Positions 20,558 through 30,964 are shown, numbered from the stretch's first letter. The stretch: DNA of 64,000 nt from an uncultured Ginsengibacter sp. (GCA_964627765.1 CAZVKO010000067.1:21649-85648); one strand, 5' to 3'. Notes: generated from the letters alone by a model not told the origin. Made by a program: numbers and translations.

Positions 20558-21259
20558 ATGAAGAGCAAATTAACCTTTTCATTAGTATTGATAGTATCGC
20601 TTACGCATGGCCAAAGTGAATTTCAGTCGGTTGACAGAAACGAGATAAAAAAAGAAGTGGAAGATACCGGGGCGGCTACTTATTATCCGAGGCTGCTTTC
20701 AAGATTCAAGGCATTCGACTCATCGCTTACCAATAACGATTACCGGTTGCTTTACTATGGCTTCGTGTTTCAGGACACATATGCCGGAGATGGTGACGAC
20801 AGGAAAACCGAAATAAAAGCCGCGTTAAAAAATAATGACTTTGACAAAGCATCATGCTTATCCGACTCAGTACTTGATACAAACCCGGTAAGCCTCTCGG
20901 CAAATTATAGCAAGGCTCTTTCTTTATATCTTAAGAACAAAGCCGACACCGTTTTTAAAAGATACGGAAACCGTTACCGGCACTTATTGGAGGCAATCGT
21001 GTCCAGCGGCGACGGTCTTGCTTGTAAAACGGCCTTCAAAACTATATGTGTAAATGATGAGTATGAAGTGATATACAACTATTTCCAGGTGGAAGCGGTA
21101 TCCGGGCAGGCCCTGCTGTATCCCTGCGATAAAATTTCCCTGAAGCCTTCTGTTTATTTCAGAGAAAGCGAAATGTATTTTGACACTTCCGAATCAATGA
21201 TGCACCTGGATAACTTGTTTAATAATAACAAGCACGGGAAGAAAAAGAAAGATAAGTGA
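20558..21259 (+). CDS. secreted hypothetical protein (possibly DUF4919-like)
   Basis: Signal peptide and a helical-repeat-like body. The family assignment is from memory only. Confidence 0.5.
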   Translation: MKSKLTFSLVLIVSLTHGQSEFQSVDRNEIKKEVEDTGAATYYPRLLSRFKAFDSSLTNNDYRLLYYGFVFQDTYAGDGDDRKTEIKAALKNNDFDKASCLSDSVLDTNPVSLSANYSKALSLYLKNKADTVFKRYGNRYRHLLEAIVSSGDGLACKTAFKTICVNDEYEVIYNYFQVEAVSGQALLYPCDKISLKPSVYFRESEMYFDTSESMMHLDNLFNNNKHGKKKKDK

Positions 21260-21514
21260 AGCGTCGGAAAAAATATCCAAAGCCGGATTTTGATATTCCG
21301 GAGGAAACCTTCCGAAATAAGCGCCGCACTACTTCCTATTCTTTTCAGCTATAAGCAAACGCTTCATCATCGTCATAATCCGTAAACTAACGTATACGCA
21401 TACACGATCTTTTAACCAGGCCAATATACTTAGGTTCATTTTGAGGCATTGTAATCGTTCCATGTATTTATCCGGAACAATCTTATATTTGTATTCAACC
21501 TGATCCGATTAATT

Positions 21515-22084
21515 ATGCCACATATTGATCTGCCCGGCGGCTATCCCGGTATTCGCAGCTTATTTATGTTCAGCCCGGTAAGCGCCCTTGCTTTGAATAA
21601 TCTGGTACAAACGCTGCTGCATGATCCCGAAACGTCGACGCTCACTCCCGGAGAAAGAGAGCTGATAGCCACCTACACTTCCAGCCTCAACAGCTGTAAA
21701 TACTGCTCCAATACACATGGCGCTATTGCCAAATACCAATTAAATGGTGATGCAGCAGCAGTGCAGCATATATTACATCAGGATGTAGATGGCGCACCCA
21801 TCAGCGACAAAATGAAGGCGTTGCTGAAGATAGCCGCTGAAGTGCAGGAGAGCGGAAAGAAAGTAACCTCCGACGATATCGCCCGCGCAAAAAAAGAAGG
21901 CGCTACTGATAAAGAGATTCATGATACTGTTTTAATCGCTGCTGCTTTCTGCATGTTCAACCGGTATGTAGACGGGCTGGCCACATGGGCTCCTGACGAT
22001 GATGCAGTGTATGATGCCATTGGTAAACAACGGGCCACAGAGGGCTATCTGACAAAGCCATTTATTGTAAAACAAACTTCCTGA
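21515..22084 (+). CDS. AhpD-like / carboxymuconolactone decarboxylase family peroxidase-related enzyme
   Basis: PGIRSLF...ERELIATYTSSLNSCKYCSNTHG (CxxC), which is typical of the peroxidase-related CMD subfamily. Confidence 0.8.
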   Translation: MPHIDLPGGYPGIRSLFMFSPVSALALNNLVQTLLHDPETSTLTPGERELIATYTSSLNSCKYCSNTHGAIAKYQLNGDAAAVQHILHQDVDGAPISDKMKALLKIAAEVQESGKKVTSDDIARAKKEGATDKEIHDTVLIAAAFCMFNRYVDGLATWAPDDDAVYDAIGKQRATEGYLTKPFIVKQTS

Positions 22085-22087
22085 TCT

Positions 22088-22642
22088 ATGCCTTATATTC
22101 CGCTCAGTGAAAAATTGCCGGGTATCACCGGTTTGCTTGATTACAGAAAAGATACCGCGCTTCCGATCAGAGAGCTTACGCAAATATTATTGAGAGGCGA
22201 GTCAACCTTAACAGAGGGAGAACGTGAGCTCATTGCCACTGTTGTATCTTATGAAAACGAATGCGCATTTTGCACAGCGGCTCATACCGCAGCTGCTGAT
22301 ATTTTGCTGGACGATGCCAACATCGCTGAAAAGGTAAAACGCGATCCTGCGCATGCGCCTGTAAGCGATAAAATGAAGGCGCTCCTCGAGATTGCAAGAG
22401 CAGTACAGAAAAATGGTAAGCTGGTAACGCCGGCTATGGTAGCCGAAGCAAAAGCCCATGGAGCCACCGACCGCGAGTTGCATGATACCGTTTTAATTGC
22501 TGCCTTATTCAGCTTATACAATCGCTATGTGGACGGGCTTGCCAGTGTTACTCCTACCGACCCGGCATTTTACAACCGGCTGGGTAATATTCTCAAAAAT
22601 AAAGGGTACCTGCCTTCTGAAAACAGGTATGCGGAACTATAA
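22088..22642 (+). CDS. AhpD-like / CMD family peroxidase-related enzyme (tandem paralog)
   Basis: PGITGLL...ERELIATVVSYENECAFCTAAH (CxxC). It is collinear with the previous gene over its full length. The gap between them is 3 bp. Confidence 0.8.
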   Translation: MPYIPLSEKLPGITGLLDYRKDTALPIRELTQILLRGESTLTEGERELIATVVSYENECAFCTAAHTAAADILLDDANIAEKVKRDPAHAPVSDKMKALLEIARAVQKNGKLVTPAMVAEAKAHGATDRELHDTVLIAALFSLYNRYVDGLASVTPTDPAFYNRLGNILKNKGYLPSENRYAEL

Positions 22643-22877
22643 GAAAAAATTGCAGGAAGCTTTGGGCAATCCAACAACTAACGGCAACGTATAAATGCTT
22701 TTTGATTCTTTCCTGAGCCGCCGTTCGCGCTATTGTGTTTTGTAAGACTTAAAAAAATTTCCGTTTGCAAAGAAAATCTGCCTGCAGCAATATAATTTCA
22801 GAGAACCATCCTAATTTTATTATCTTACTGCACGGAAGGGCCGTTTAATCAGGTTGTATAACGCTAAATAATATTAT

Positions 22878-23231
22878 ATGAAAAAGAAATTATTACTGCT
22901 TGCTTTCTTTGCAATCGTAGCCGTATCTGTTGCCTGCGCGCAGAATATCACCGGCCATTGGACCGGTAAAGTAATGGATCAGTATGATGTTGCTTACGAT
23001 TTTAAAGTACAGGGCGATAGCCTCACCGGCAAAGACACACATCCCGATGGCACGGTATCTGATATCAGCAATGGCGTTGTCGGAGCTGATACGCTCGCAT
23101 TTGACGTACCCGTACAAGGTGCACTCACACACGTGACCGGTAAAATAAAAGGCGATACCATAACCCTCAGCCTTTCTGTAATGGGAAACGATATAAGCTT
23201 TGATATTAAGAAAACGGAAGAAACACAATAA
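22878..23231 (+). CDS. small secreted beta-rich protein (hypothetical)
   Basis: Signal peptide MKKKLLLLAFFAIVAVSVACAQ and a ~95-aa mature domain. It lies 48 bp upstream of the sheath ORF. Confidence 0.55.
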   Translation: MKKKLLLLAFFAIVAVSVACAQNITGHWTGKVMDQYDVAYDFKVQGDSLTGKDTHPDGTVSDISNGVVGADTLAFDVPVQGALTHVTGKIKGDTITLSLSVMGNDISFDIKKTEETQ

Positions 23232-23279
23232 CTCTTCCAGACAGGTCAGAAACTGCATGTCATATCCCTGTCGTGAAAA

Positions 23280-24695
23280 ATGTCCAACCGATTCAAACTT
23301 TTATTTATGCCTGCCAGCAAAGCACCCGGCGTATATACAGAAGAATTTTCCCAACCACCTTCGATCACTTCGGTGGAGACTGCTATTCCGGTCTTTATAG
23401 GATATACTGAAAAGGCACAAAAAGCTCAGCCCGGAGACCTGGCATTTGTTCCCGTAAGGATAGAGTCTGTTGCAGAATATGAACAGTTTTTCGGACTTGC
23501 ACCCTATGAACATTCCATCGGGGTAATTATAGATGCCACGCAATCGCCAATTGCAAAAGCAAGCGCTTCTGTACATAGCCCTGCACCTTTTTTGGTCTAC
23601 TATTCATTACAGCTGTATTTTGCTAATGGCGGAGGGCCTTGTTATATCGTGTCAGCAGGTAATTACACCAATAACGGGCTTATTGACAAAACTGTATTAT
23701 CAAATGGCCTTAATGCAATTAAGCAGTTTAATGAAATAACGCTTATAGTTTTTCCGGATGCTATCCGTTTGCCTTCGGCAGATCTTTATTATAGCCTGTA
23801 CAAAGAGGCATTACAACTCTGTGCGGATCAGCCATGCCGGTTCACCATAATGGATGTATGGATGGATAATGATTTGAGTATTGATAACATCCAAACACTC
23901 CGCAAAAGCGACCTGGGCAGCAGCAGTGTACTGCAATACGGGGCAGCATATTACCCGTTATTAAATACTACACTTAACTATCGGTATAATGAAGAAGATG
24001 TGCTGATAAATGCCCGGGGTGATACTTCTCTTTCAGGTACTCTTGCCAGCCTTAAAACAAAAAATAATCTTTGTTATCAGCAGGCGGTCGCCGCCATTGA
24101 AGACATTCCGCTTGTATTACCGGTGGCCCCTGCCGCCGCAGGAATATATGCCACCACAGACAATAACCATGGCGTGTGGAAAGCTCCGGCCAATATCAAT
24201 ATTAACAGTGTGAATAGTCCGGTAGCAGTGCTCACGGATGCACAACAGCAAGTATTAAATATAGATCCGGACACGGGCAGGTCTGTTAATGCCATCCGCA
24301 GTTTTCCGGGACGCGGCAATGCTATTGTATGGGGGGCAAGAACACTGGCCGGTAATGATAACGAATGGAGGTATATTTCTGTACGAAGATTTGTCAGCAT
24401 GATAGAAACGTCTGTAAGAGCAGGGGCTGCAGCATTTGTTTTTGAACCAAATGATGCTAATGTATGGGCCAATATCAAGACGATGATTCAAAACTATCTC
24501 ACAGAACAATGGAAGGCCGGCGCATTGGCCGGAGATTCTACGAAGGAAGCTTTCTTTATACATGCAGGCCCTGGTGAAACAATGACCGCCCAGGATATTT
24601 CGGAAGGAAATCTGATCGTTGAAATAGGACTGGCGGTACTAAAGGCGGCTGAATTTATTATTATCAGGTTTACACAAAAAATGCAGGGAGCGTAA
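23280..24695 (+). CDS. contractile-tail (phage / eCIS-type) sheath family protein
   Basis: N-terminal KAPGVYTEEF...IPVFIGYTEKA. C-terminal AAGIYATTDNNHGVWKAPAN...AIRSFPGRGNAIVWGARTL...WRYISVRRF...FVFEPND is the conserved sheath C-terminal domain pattern. The probable true start is the ATG at 23307. Confidence 0.85.
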   Translation: MSNRFKLLFMPASKAPGVYTEEFSQPPSITSVETAIPVFIGYTEKAQKAQPGDLAFVPVRIESVAEYEQFFGLAPYEHSIGVIIDATQSPIAKASASVHSPAPFLVYYSLQLYFANGGGPCYIVSAGNYTNNGLIDKTVLSNGLNAIKQFNEITLIVFPDAIRLPSADLYYSLYKEALQLCADQPCRFTIMDVWMDNDLSIDNIQTLRKSDLGSSSVLQYGAAYYPLLNTTLNYRYNEEDVLINARGDTSLSGTLASLKTKNNLCYQQAVAAIEDIPLVLPVAPAAAGIYATTDNNHGVWKAPANININSVNSPVAVLTDAQQQVLNIDPDTGRSVNAIRSFPGRGNAIVWGARTLAGNDNEWRYISVRRFVSMIETSVRAGAAAFVFEPNDANVWANIKTMIQNYLTEQWKAGALAGDSTKEAFFIHAGPGETMTAQDISEGNLIVEIGLAVLKAAEFIIIRFTQKMQGA

Positions 24696-24843
24696 TTGAG
24701 CTAAAATTTCGTCTATCCTACACCGTTATATTATTTACTTCGGCTGCCGGCGTTGTACGGTATGTAATCATCAAAAGGCGTTGCTGCCTTTATAAAATAA
24801 ATTATTATCCTTTTCATTTCAATGGCATAAAAAAGATGCAAAA

Positions 24844-25581
24844 TCACCTTGCCGCTCCGCCATCAATCGTTAAACAAATTCCGCTTACAAACGATGCTTC
24901 GTCAGAAGCGAGATAGAGATATCCATTGGCAATATCATCGGGAACGCCCCAATGGCCGAGCGGAATATGAGGTATGCTTTGCTTCCGTACTTCTTCAGGC
25001 ATCAGGCCGGTCATAGCAGTATGTATAAAACCGGGAGCGATGCAGTTAACGGTAATGTTGTAGCGCCCGAGTTCCATAGCCCATACTTTCGTCATGCCGA
25101 TGATGGCTGATTTGGCAGCAACATAGTTGGTTTGTCCAAAGTTGCCGCGAATCGCCACATTGGAGGATGCCGATACAATGCGGCCATAATTTTGTTCTTT
25201 CATTACCGGAGCTACCGCCTGCGTACAATTGAAAACACCGGTAAGATTTACGGCAATCACCTCCTCCCATTCCTGCTTACTCATTTTAAGTAACGTTCTG
25301 TCCCTGGTGATGCCGGCATTATTAATGAGAATATCTATCCGGCCAAAATGCCCGTGTGCTTCGGCAACTGCCTCCTGCACTTCAATTTCGTCAGTCACTG
25401 ATATTTTTTTAAAAATAGCTTCGTGCCCTTGTTCATTAAATTGTTCGGCCACTTCATTTCCTTTGTCTGACACATCCCATAAAATAAGCCTTGCACCTTC
25501 TTTTGCAAACCGTTTGGCTGTAGCAAGCCCTATGCCGTTGGCTCCGCCGGTGATGAGAGCGATTTTATCTTTTAGTCTCAT
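24844..25581 (-). CDS. short-chain dehydrogenase/reductase, 3-oxoacyl-ACP reductase-like
   Basis: TGGANGIGLATA (TGxxxGxG), NNAG and the YVAAKSA (YxxxK) catalytic motif. Confidence 0.88.
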   Translation of the reverse strand: MRLKDKIALITGGANGIGLATAKRFAKEGARLILWDVSDKGNEVAEQFNEQGHEAIFKKISVTDEIEVQEAVAEAHGHFGRIDILINNAGITRDRTLLKMSKQEWEEVIAVNLTGVFNCTQAVAPVMKEQNYGRIVSASSNVAIRGNFGQTNYVAAKSAIIGMTKVWAMELGRYNITVNCIAPGFIHTAMTGLMPEEVRKQSIPHIPLGHWGVPDDIANGYLYLASDEASFVSGICLTIDGGAAR

Positions 25582-25696
25582 TTAATAATTTGATGGTATT
25601 AAAGATAAACAGGAAAATCATAAAGCCGCCAATTTCCTTTACATCCATACACGGTGCAATTAATTTTCTATTTTTGATAACCTAACTTCACACTCC

Positions 25697-27001
25697 ATGA
25701 ATAGATTTACGATCTGCGCTTTGATATTATTTGTATTTATTGCCTGTGCTAATGCAGCATATACACAACCAAAAGTTTTAACGCCGGGTACGCCGGAACA
25801 AGGTGGTTTTTCTGCTACCCGTCTGGCACGCCTGGATTCAGGTATGGCCGGTTGGGTAAAAAAGAAATGGGTAAACGGTGCGGTAGCGCTTATAGCAAGA
25901 CATGGCAAAATTATTTTTGATAAAGCATATGGTTATAATGATCCTGTAACTAAGGAACCGCTCGATAAAAACGGGATCTTTCGCATTGCTTCGCAAACAA
26001 AAGCTGTTACCGTAACCGCAGTGATGATGTTATGGGAAGAAGGAAAATTTTCACTCAACGATCCTGTTTCCAAATACATTCCGTCATTTGCCAACGAAAG
26101 AGTATTAGATACTTTTAATCCGAAAGATACCACGTTCACTACAGTGCCGGCCAAACGACAGGTAACCATCTTCGATTTGCTTACCCATACTTCCGGCATC
26201 GGGTATCCTGCCATCGGCAGCAAAGAAGCGGATGCCATGTATGCCAAATACAGGATTACGGGAGGCGTAGGTATAAAAGATCAAAAGCTTTCAGACGCTA
26301 TGACACGCCTCGGTTCGCTTCCCCTGCTTTTTCAGCCGGGAGAGAAATGGATGTATGGATTGAATATGGATGTGCTGGGATACCTCGTGGAGAAATGGTC
26401 CGGCATGTCGCTGGAAGAATTTTTTACCAAAAAGATCTTTCAACCGCTGGGGATGAACGATACTTATTTTAATGTGCCCCAAAATAAAGCGTCAAGGGTC
26501 GTAAATTTTTTCCTGCAGGATTCAACGGAAGCATTTACCCGGCCGGCTACAGTTTTTGGTGGCGGTCTTGATATGAATTATCCGGTTCAGAAAACGGATT
26601 ATTTCTCCGGCGGCGGTGGTCTATGTTCCACGATTCATGATTATGCTATTTTGCTGCAGATGTTGCTGAATGGCGGCGAATACAACGGAGTTCGCCTGCT
26701 TGGGCCCAATACTGTCCGTATGATGACAATGAATCAAATTGGCGATCTGCATCCGAATATTGGTGATAATGCCGATATAAACGGTTTTGGCTTTGGCTTC
26801 TTCATCGTTTCCAAAAATGGCAGCAGGCTTACGCCCAGCCAGGAGGGCACGTATGCATGGGGCGGTGTATTTTCAACGTCCTACCAGGTAGATCCTAAAG
26901 AAGATATGATTGTATTACTATACCAGCAAATGTGGGGGCCGCATGTAGTGGATGCTGATAAAACATTTATTCCTTTGGTGTACCAGGCGCTGAATAATTG
27001 A
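25697..27001 (+). CDS. serine hydrolase, beta-lactamase (class C / esterase) family, secreted
   Basis: Signal peptide, the SxxK motif in FRIASQTKAVT, and a length of 434 aa. Confidence 0.82.
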   Translation: MNRFTICALILFVFIACANAAYTQPKVLTPGTPEQGGFSATRLARLDSGMAGWVKKKWVNGAVALIARHGKIIFDKAYGYNDPVTKEPLDKNGIFRIASQTKAVTVTAVMMLWEEGKFSLNDPVSKYIPSFANERVLDTFNPKDTTFTTVPAKRQVTIFDLLTHTSGIGYPAIGSKEADAMYAKYRITGGVGIKDQKLSDAMTRLGSLPLLFQPGEKWMYGLNMDVLGYLVEKWSGMSLEEFFTKKIFQPLGMNDTYFNVPQNKASRVVNFFLQDSTEAFTRPATVFGGGLDMNYPVQKTDYFSGGGGLCSTIHDYAILLQMLLNGGEYNGVRLLGPNTVRMMTMNQIGDLHPNIGDNADINGFGFGFFIVSKNGSRLTPSQEGTYAWGGVFSTSYQVDPKEDMIVLLYQQMWGPHVVDADKTFIPLVYQALNN

Positions 27002-28627
27002 TCAACCAGGCATCTGCTGTTCCCGTTCGTATCTTTCCCGGAGGGCGGATTTTTGAAATTTACCAACCGAAGTCTTTGGTATCGCATCAATGAAGACATA
27101 TCCTTCGGGGATCCAGAATTTGACAAACTTATCTGCAAGAAATTCGCTGAGCTCAACTGGTGATACAGTTTTCCCTTCTTTTAATACCACATACGCAAAC
27201 GGGCGCTCCATCCATTTTTCGTCTGGAATGGCAATAACTGCAGCTTCCAATATGGAAGGATGACCCATTAACGAGTTTTCCAATGCTACGGAACTGATCC
27301 ATTCACCGCCTGACTTGATAACATCTTTGCTCCGGTCTTTTATCTCGATACACCCGTCTTCGCTGATGGTAACGATATCGCCTGTTTTCAGCCAGCCGTC
27401 GGAAGTAAATTTTCCTGTGGGCTCTTCATCGCGGTAGTACGAAGATGCTACCCAGGGGCCCCGTACTTCCAGCTCTCCCATGGTTGTTCCATCCCAGGGG
27501 ATAAACCCCGATTCGTTTCTTCCCCGAATCTCTACAAATGGCACCGGCAATCCTTGTTTCATAGCCCGGTCATACCACTCTTCTTTGGAAGCTTTTGCCA
27601 GCGCGCTTGTCATCACCGAAGTACTTCCCAATGGCGATATTTCGGTCATTCCCCATGAATGAAGCACCGGTATGCCATATCGTTCGTCGAATGATTTCAC
27701 TAAAAAACGCGGCGCTGATGAGCCCCCTATAATTATAGAACGAAGAGTGAGATTATATTTACGCGTGCCGGAATCCAGCTTATGAAGGATGCTCATCATC
27801 ACGGTGGGTACCCCGGCTGTAATGGTTACTTCTTCCTCCTCAAAAAGCTGCAAAAGACTTTCTGCATCCAGGTAAGGACCCGGGTACACCTGCGTTGAGC
27901 CCACGAAGGTGCAGCTATATGGAAAGCCCCATGCACTTGCATGAAACATGGGAACGACAGGCAGCACCACATCCCTTTCAGTAACGCCTGACCCGACACA
28001 CCCTAACAGGAAAGCCATAGAGTGCAGCATGATAGAACGATGTGAGTAAAGAATGCCCTTCGGCTTTCCGGTGGTTCCCGACGTGTAGCACATAAAGGCT
28101 GCGGAATTTTCATCGCCGTCAAAAGGCTCAAACAATGTATCATCGCCATTAGCAACTACCTCTTCATAATTCAAATATTCCGGCGGCAGCGGCTCTCCGG
28201 TTTGAGGGATAACAATGACATGTGAAACGCGGATTACCGGCCTGAATTTTTCAAACAAAGGCAATAGCACCTGGTCCACGATGATTATTTTATCCTCTGC
28301 ATGATTTATAATATAACCAAGGTCGTCATGGCTAAAGCGGATATTGAGCGGATGAGCCACTGCTCCGATACAGGGCACAGCAAAGTATACTTCCAGGTGT
28401 TGGTAATGATTCCAGCAAAGCGTAGCTACACGGTCGCCGTGGTGAACGCCAAGCCCGTGAAGGGATACCGCTAATTTCTTTGTACGGTTCGCAAAATTGT
28501 GGTAGGTATAGCGATGAATGCTTCTGTCCGGAAGGCGGCTGACAATTTCTTTATTTGCAAACAAAGCCTCCGCCCTCCGCAATATAGTGGGCAGCGTCAG
28601 CTGGTAATCCATCATTAAACCTCTCAT
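27002..28627 (-). CDS. AMP-dependent acyl-CoA synthetase (long/medium-chain fatty acid-CoA ligase)
   Basis: [14 protein letters not shown]-binding motif, GWLKTGD, and the [12 protein letters not shown] hinge region. Confidence 0.9.
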   Translation of the reverse strand: MRGLMMDYQLTLPTILRRAEALFANKEIVSRLPDRSIHRYTYHNFANRTKKLAVSLHGLGVHHGDRVATLCWNHYQHLEVYFAVPCIGAVAHPLNIRFSHDDLGYIINHAEDKIIIVDQVLLPLFEKFRPVIRVSHVIVIPQTGEPLPPEYLNYEEVVANGDDTLFEPFDGDENSAAFMCYTSGTTGKPKGILYSHRSIMLHSMAFLLGCVGSGVTERDVVLPVVPMFHASAWGFPYSCTFVGSTQVYPGPYLDAESLLQLFEEEEVTITAGVPTVMMSILHKLDSGTRKYNLTLRSIIIGGSSAPRFLVKSFDERYGIPVLHSWGMTEISPLGSTSVMTSALAKASKEEWYDRAMKQGLPVPFVEIRGRNESGFIPWDGTTMGELEVRGPWVASSYYRDEEPTGKFTSDGWLKTGDIVTISEDGCIEIKDRSKDVIKSGGEWISSVALENSLMGHPSILEAAVIAIPDEKWMERPFAYVVLKEGKTVSPVELSEFLADKFVKFWIPEGYVFIDAIPKTSVGKFQKSALRERYEREQQMPG

Positions 28628-28912
28628 GGAATGGCGAATTGTTAGTACCGGTGAATAATTTCTTTATTGAAAGATAATTAAAAAATATAAATAAGATAAC
28701 TGGGCCTATCTATCCCGGAAGTCAATTTTTTATGCCTGCGCCAGTTCAACATAAAACTAACGGGAACGGATAGACGATGTTTATAATATTGCCCGGCGGG
28801 AAATACTGTCTCCAGCAACCGGGTCGTTGCCGCTGTCAGCAAACTGCCACATCCGGCTTTGACCGGGAGTGGGCATATTATTTGCCATCAATGAAGATAA
28901 AATATAGTTTGT

Positions 28913-29380
28913 ATGAAAAAGAAACAACCCGGAAAATGGAAAAGAATGTTTGATGTATTTGCTGCCAGGATCACCAGGATCACAGGAACGCCTGCGGCAT
29001 TTCTCCTGGCATTTGCTGTGATTATCATCTGGGCCGTTACCGGCCCGCTCTTTCATTATTCCGATACCTGGCAATTGGTAATAAACACGGGAACCACCAT
29101 CATTACCTTTTTAATGGTGTTTGTCATTCAGCAATCGCAGAACAAAGACACCATTGCCTTGCAAATAAAGCTGAATGAATTGATTGCCGCCTCGCATGGT
29201 GCGAGCAACCGGCTGATAGATGTAGAAGACCTGACACCGGAAGAGCTCGACCGGCTTAAAGATTTTTATATAAAGCTTTCAGAGCTTGCAAAAAAAGAGC
29301 ACGATTTAAATAAAACGCATACCATTGAGGAAGCGGCAGGCATTCATGAAATGAAGATACAGCGGTATAAAAAGAAATGA
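28913..29380 (+). CDS. low-affinity iron permease family membrane protein
   Basis: FDVFAARITRITGTPAAFLLAF...WQLVINTGTTIITFLMVFVIQQSQNKD matches my recollection of the family signature. Confidence 0.72.
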   Translation: MKKKQPGKWKRMFDVFAARITRITGTPAAFLLAFAVIIIWAVTGPLFHYSDTWQLVINTGTTIITFLMVFVIQQSQNKDTIALQIKLNELIAASHGASNRLIDVEDLTPEELDRLKDFYIKLSELAKKEHDLNKTHTIEEAAGIHEMKIQRYKKK

Positions 29381-29381
29381 C

Positions 29382-29405
29382 TCCCTGTGGCAGGGATGTT
29401 TTTTC
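29382..29405 (+). terminator. rho-independent terminator
   Basis: TCCCTG-tgg-CAGGGA followed by TGTTTTTT, immediately after the stop at 29380. Confidence 0.6.
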
Positions 29406-29548
29406 AAAATCAATCAATATACTTCACATTATCGGTCCTTCTTTTATACATGGGAAGCTGTTCGTCGCCATACCCGCAATTACAGAAAGTTGTACTTTTT
29501 CCGTTGATGAATGACAGCTTTAAATGCGATTGATACGCAGCCGGTATT

Positions 29549-30769
29549 TTATTCCAAAGCCTGCCCCAAATCATTTAAAAGATCGTGGATATCCTCCATC
29601 CCCACGCTCATGCGCACCAGGCCGTCCGGTATACCTGCATTAAGCCGTTGTTCCTTAGTCATGCCTGCATGCGACATGGAAGCGGGATGTGATACCAGGG
29701 TATCGGTAGTGCCCAGCGAAACAGCTCTTACACATACCCGCAGCTTATTGATGAAAGCAACTGTTTTATCAAAGCCTTCTTTTAATTCAAAGCTCAATAC
29801 CGCACCGGGATGACGCATTTGTTTTTTACATAGCAGGTAATCCGGGTGCGAAGCCAGGCCATTATAATGCACCCTGGCAATTGCGGGATGCTCATCGAGG
29901 AAAGAAGCCACTCTCTCTGCATTGCTGCAATGCCTGTTCATACGTACCGTAAGCGTTTTAATCCCTTGCATCAGCAGGAAAGCATCGAATGGGTTGCTAT
30001 TAGCGCCTAACAGTTTATACGTATGGTATACCTTCGTGTTCATCATTTCAACATTACGGCCAATTAAAACTCCGCCAATCGCATTGCCATGCCCGTTTAA
30101 AAATTTGGTAGTGGAATGAAAAATAAAATCGGCACCGTATTTAAAAGGCTGTTGTAAATAAGGGGTGGCAAAAGTATTATCCACCGTCACTAACTTACCA
30201 TAGCGTCCGGCGATATCGCATACCATCGCTATATCAATGCATTGCATGCCGGGGTTGGAAGGTGTTTCGATATGCAGCAAACGGATAGAAGCATCCGCTC
30301 TCAGGCTTTTTTCTATTTCTTCCGCATCTTTCATATTTACAAACCGGCACCTGACACCGAAGCGGGGAAGAAGATTACTTAAAAATTCATGCGTTCCTCC
30401 ATATAAAGAGTGCCCGGACAGAATGCTTTCGCCTGCAGAAACATTGGCCATAAATAGGGTAGCCATTGCCGACTGGCCGCTGGCAGTTAACAATGCTGAT
30501 GCCTGCAACGGATTCCCGTTGGAATCTTTGAGACCCAATGTTTCGAGATGGGCAATGAGTTCCGCTGCCGCGTGGGTGGTAGGATTGCCAAATCGTGAAT
30601 ACGTATATCCTTCTTCTTTGCCGGAAAAGCGATTCATGCCTTGTTGGGCGTTATCAAATGTAAATGATGTGGTAGCAAATACCGGCATCACGTGCGCATG
30701 TTCCGGCAGGCTATGCTGCAAACCGTGGATGGCTGCCGTGGCAATATCTGCAATCGGGTCACTTATCAT
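29549..30769 (-). CDS. Cys/Met-metabolism PLP-dependent enzyme (methionine gamma-lyase / cystathionine gamma-synthase / OAH sulfhydrylase family)
   Basis: VFATTSFTF, YSRFGNPT, and HSTTKFLNGHG (PLP lysine). 406 aa. Confidence 0.85.
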   Translation of the reverse strand: MISDPIADIATAAIHGLQHSLPEHAHVMPVFATTSFTFDNAQQGMNRFSGKEEGYTYSRFGNPTTHAAAELIAHLETLGLKDSNGNPLQASALLTASGQSAMATLFMANVSAGESILSGHSLYGGTHEFLSNLLPRFGVRCRFVNMKDAEEIEKSLRADASIRLLHIETPSNPGMQCIDIAMVCDIAGRYGKLVTVDNTFATPYLQQPFKYGADFIFHSTTKFLNGHGNAIGGVLIGRNVEMMNTKVYHTYKLLGANSNPFDAFLLMQGIKTLTVRMNRHCSNAERVASFLDEHPAIARVHYNGLASHPDYLLCKKQMRHPGAVLSFELKEGFDKTVAFINKLRVCVRAVSLGTTDTLVSHPASMSHAGMTKEQRLNAGIPDGLVRMSVGMEDIHDLLNDLGQALE

Positions 30770-30872
30770 AGAATATCAATTTTAAAAGAACCATGTAAAA
30801 TATCATGGTGCAAGATAACTTACAAATTAAAGATATCAGTCCCCATACATGCCACTAAGTGTTAGTACAGGG

Positions 30873-30917
30873 ATAAAAAACAGACCTTGAAGGTTTTTGG
30901 AAAAATCTTCAAGGTCT
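30873..30917 (-). terminator. long terminator-like hairpin in the 5' leader of the PLP-enzyme gene
   Basis: AGACCTTGAAG(g)TTTTT-gg-AAAAA(t)CTTCAAGGTCT, 11+5 bp of stem. The minus-strand transcript would continue with GTTTTTTAT. It lies about 105-150 nt upstream of the ATG at 30769. Confidence 0.45.
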
Positions 30918-30964
30918 TTGGGACAAATAAAATCTTGTACCTACCTTTAAGCACCCTTCGCCGT

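Noticed and set aside
20558-25581. A complete prophage, eCIS or T6SS around the sheath gene
   Set aside because: No tube, baseplate, spike, tape-measure, terminase, ATPase or integrase genes occur within the window. Only the isolated sheath is reported.
26999-27004. Convergent genes whose stop codons abut as the palindrome TGATCA, with no intergenic spacer or terminator
   Set aside because: The observation is real but is probably a trivial consequence of compact gene packing. No structure or function can be argued from 6 bp.
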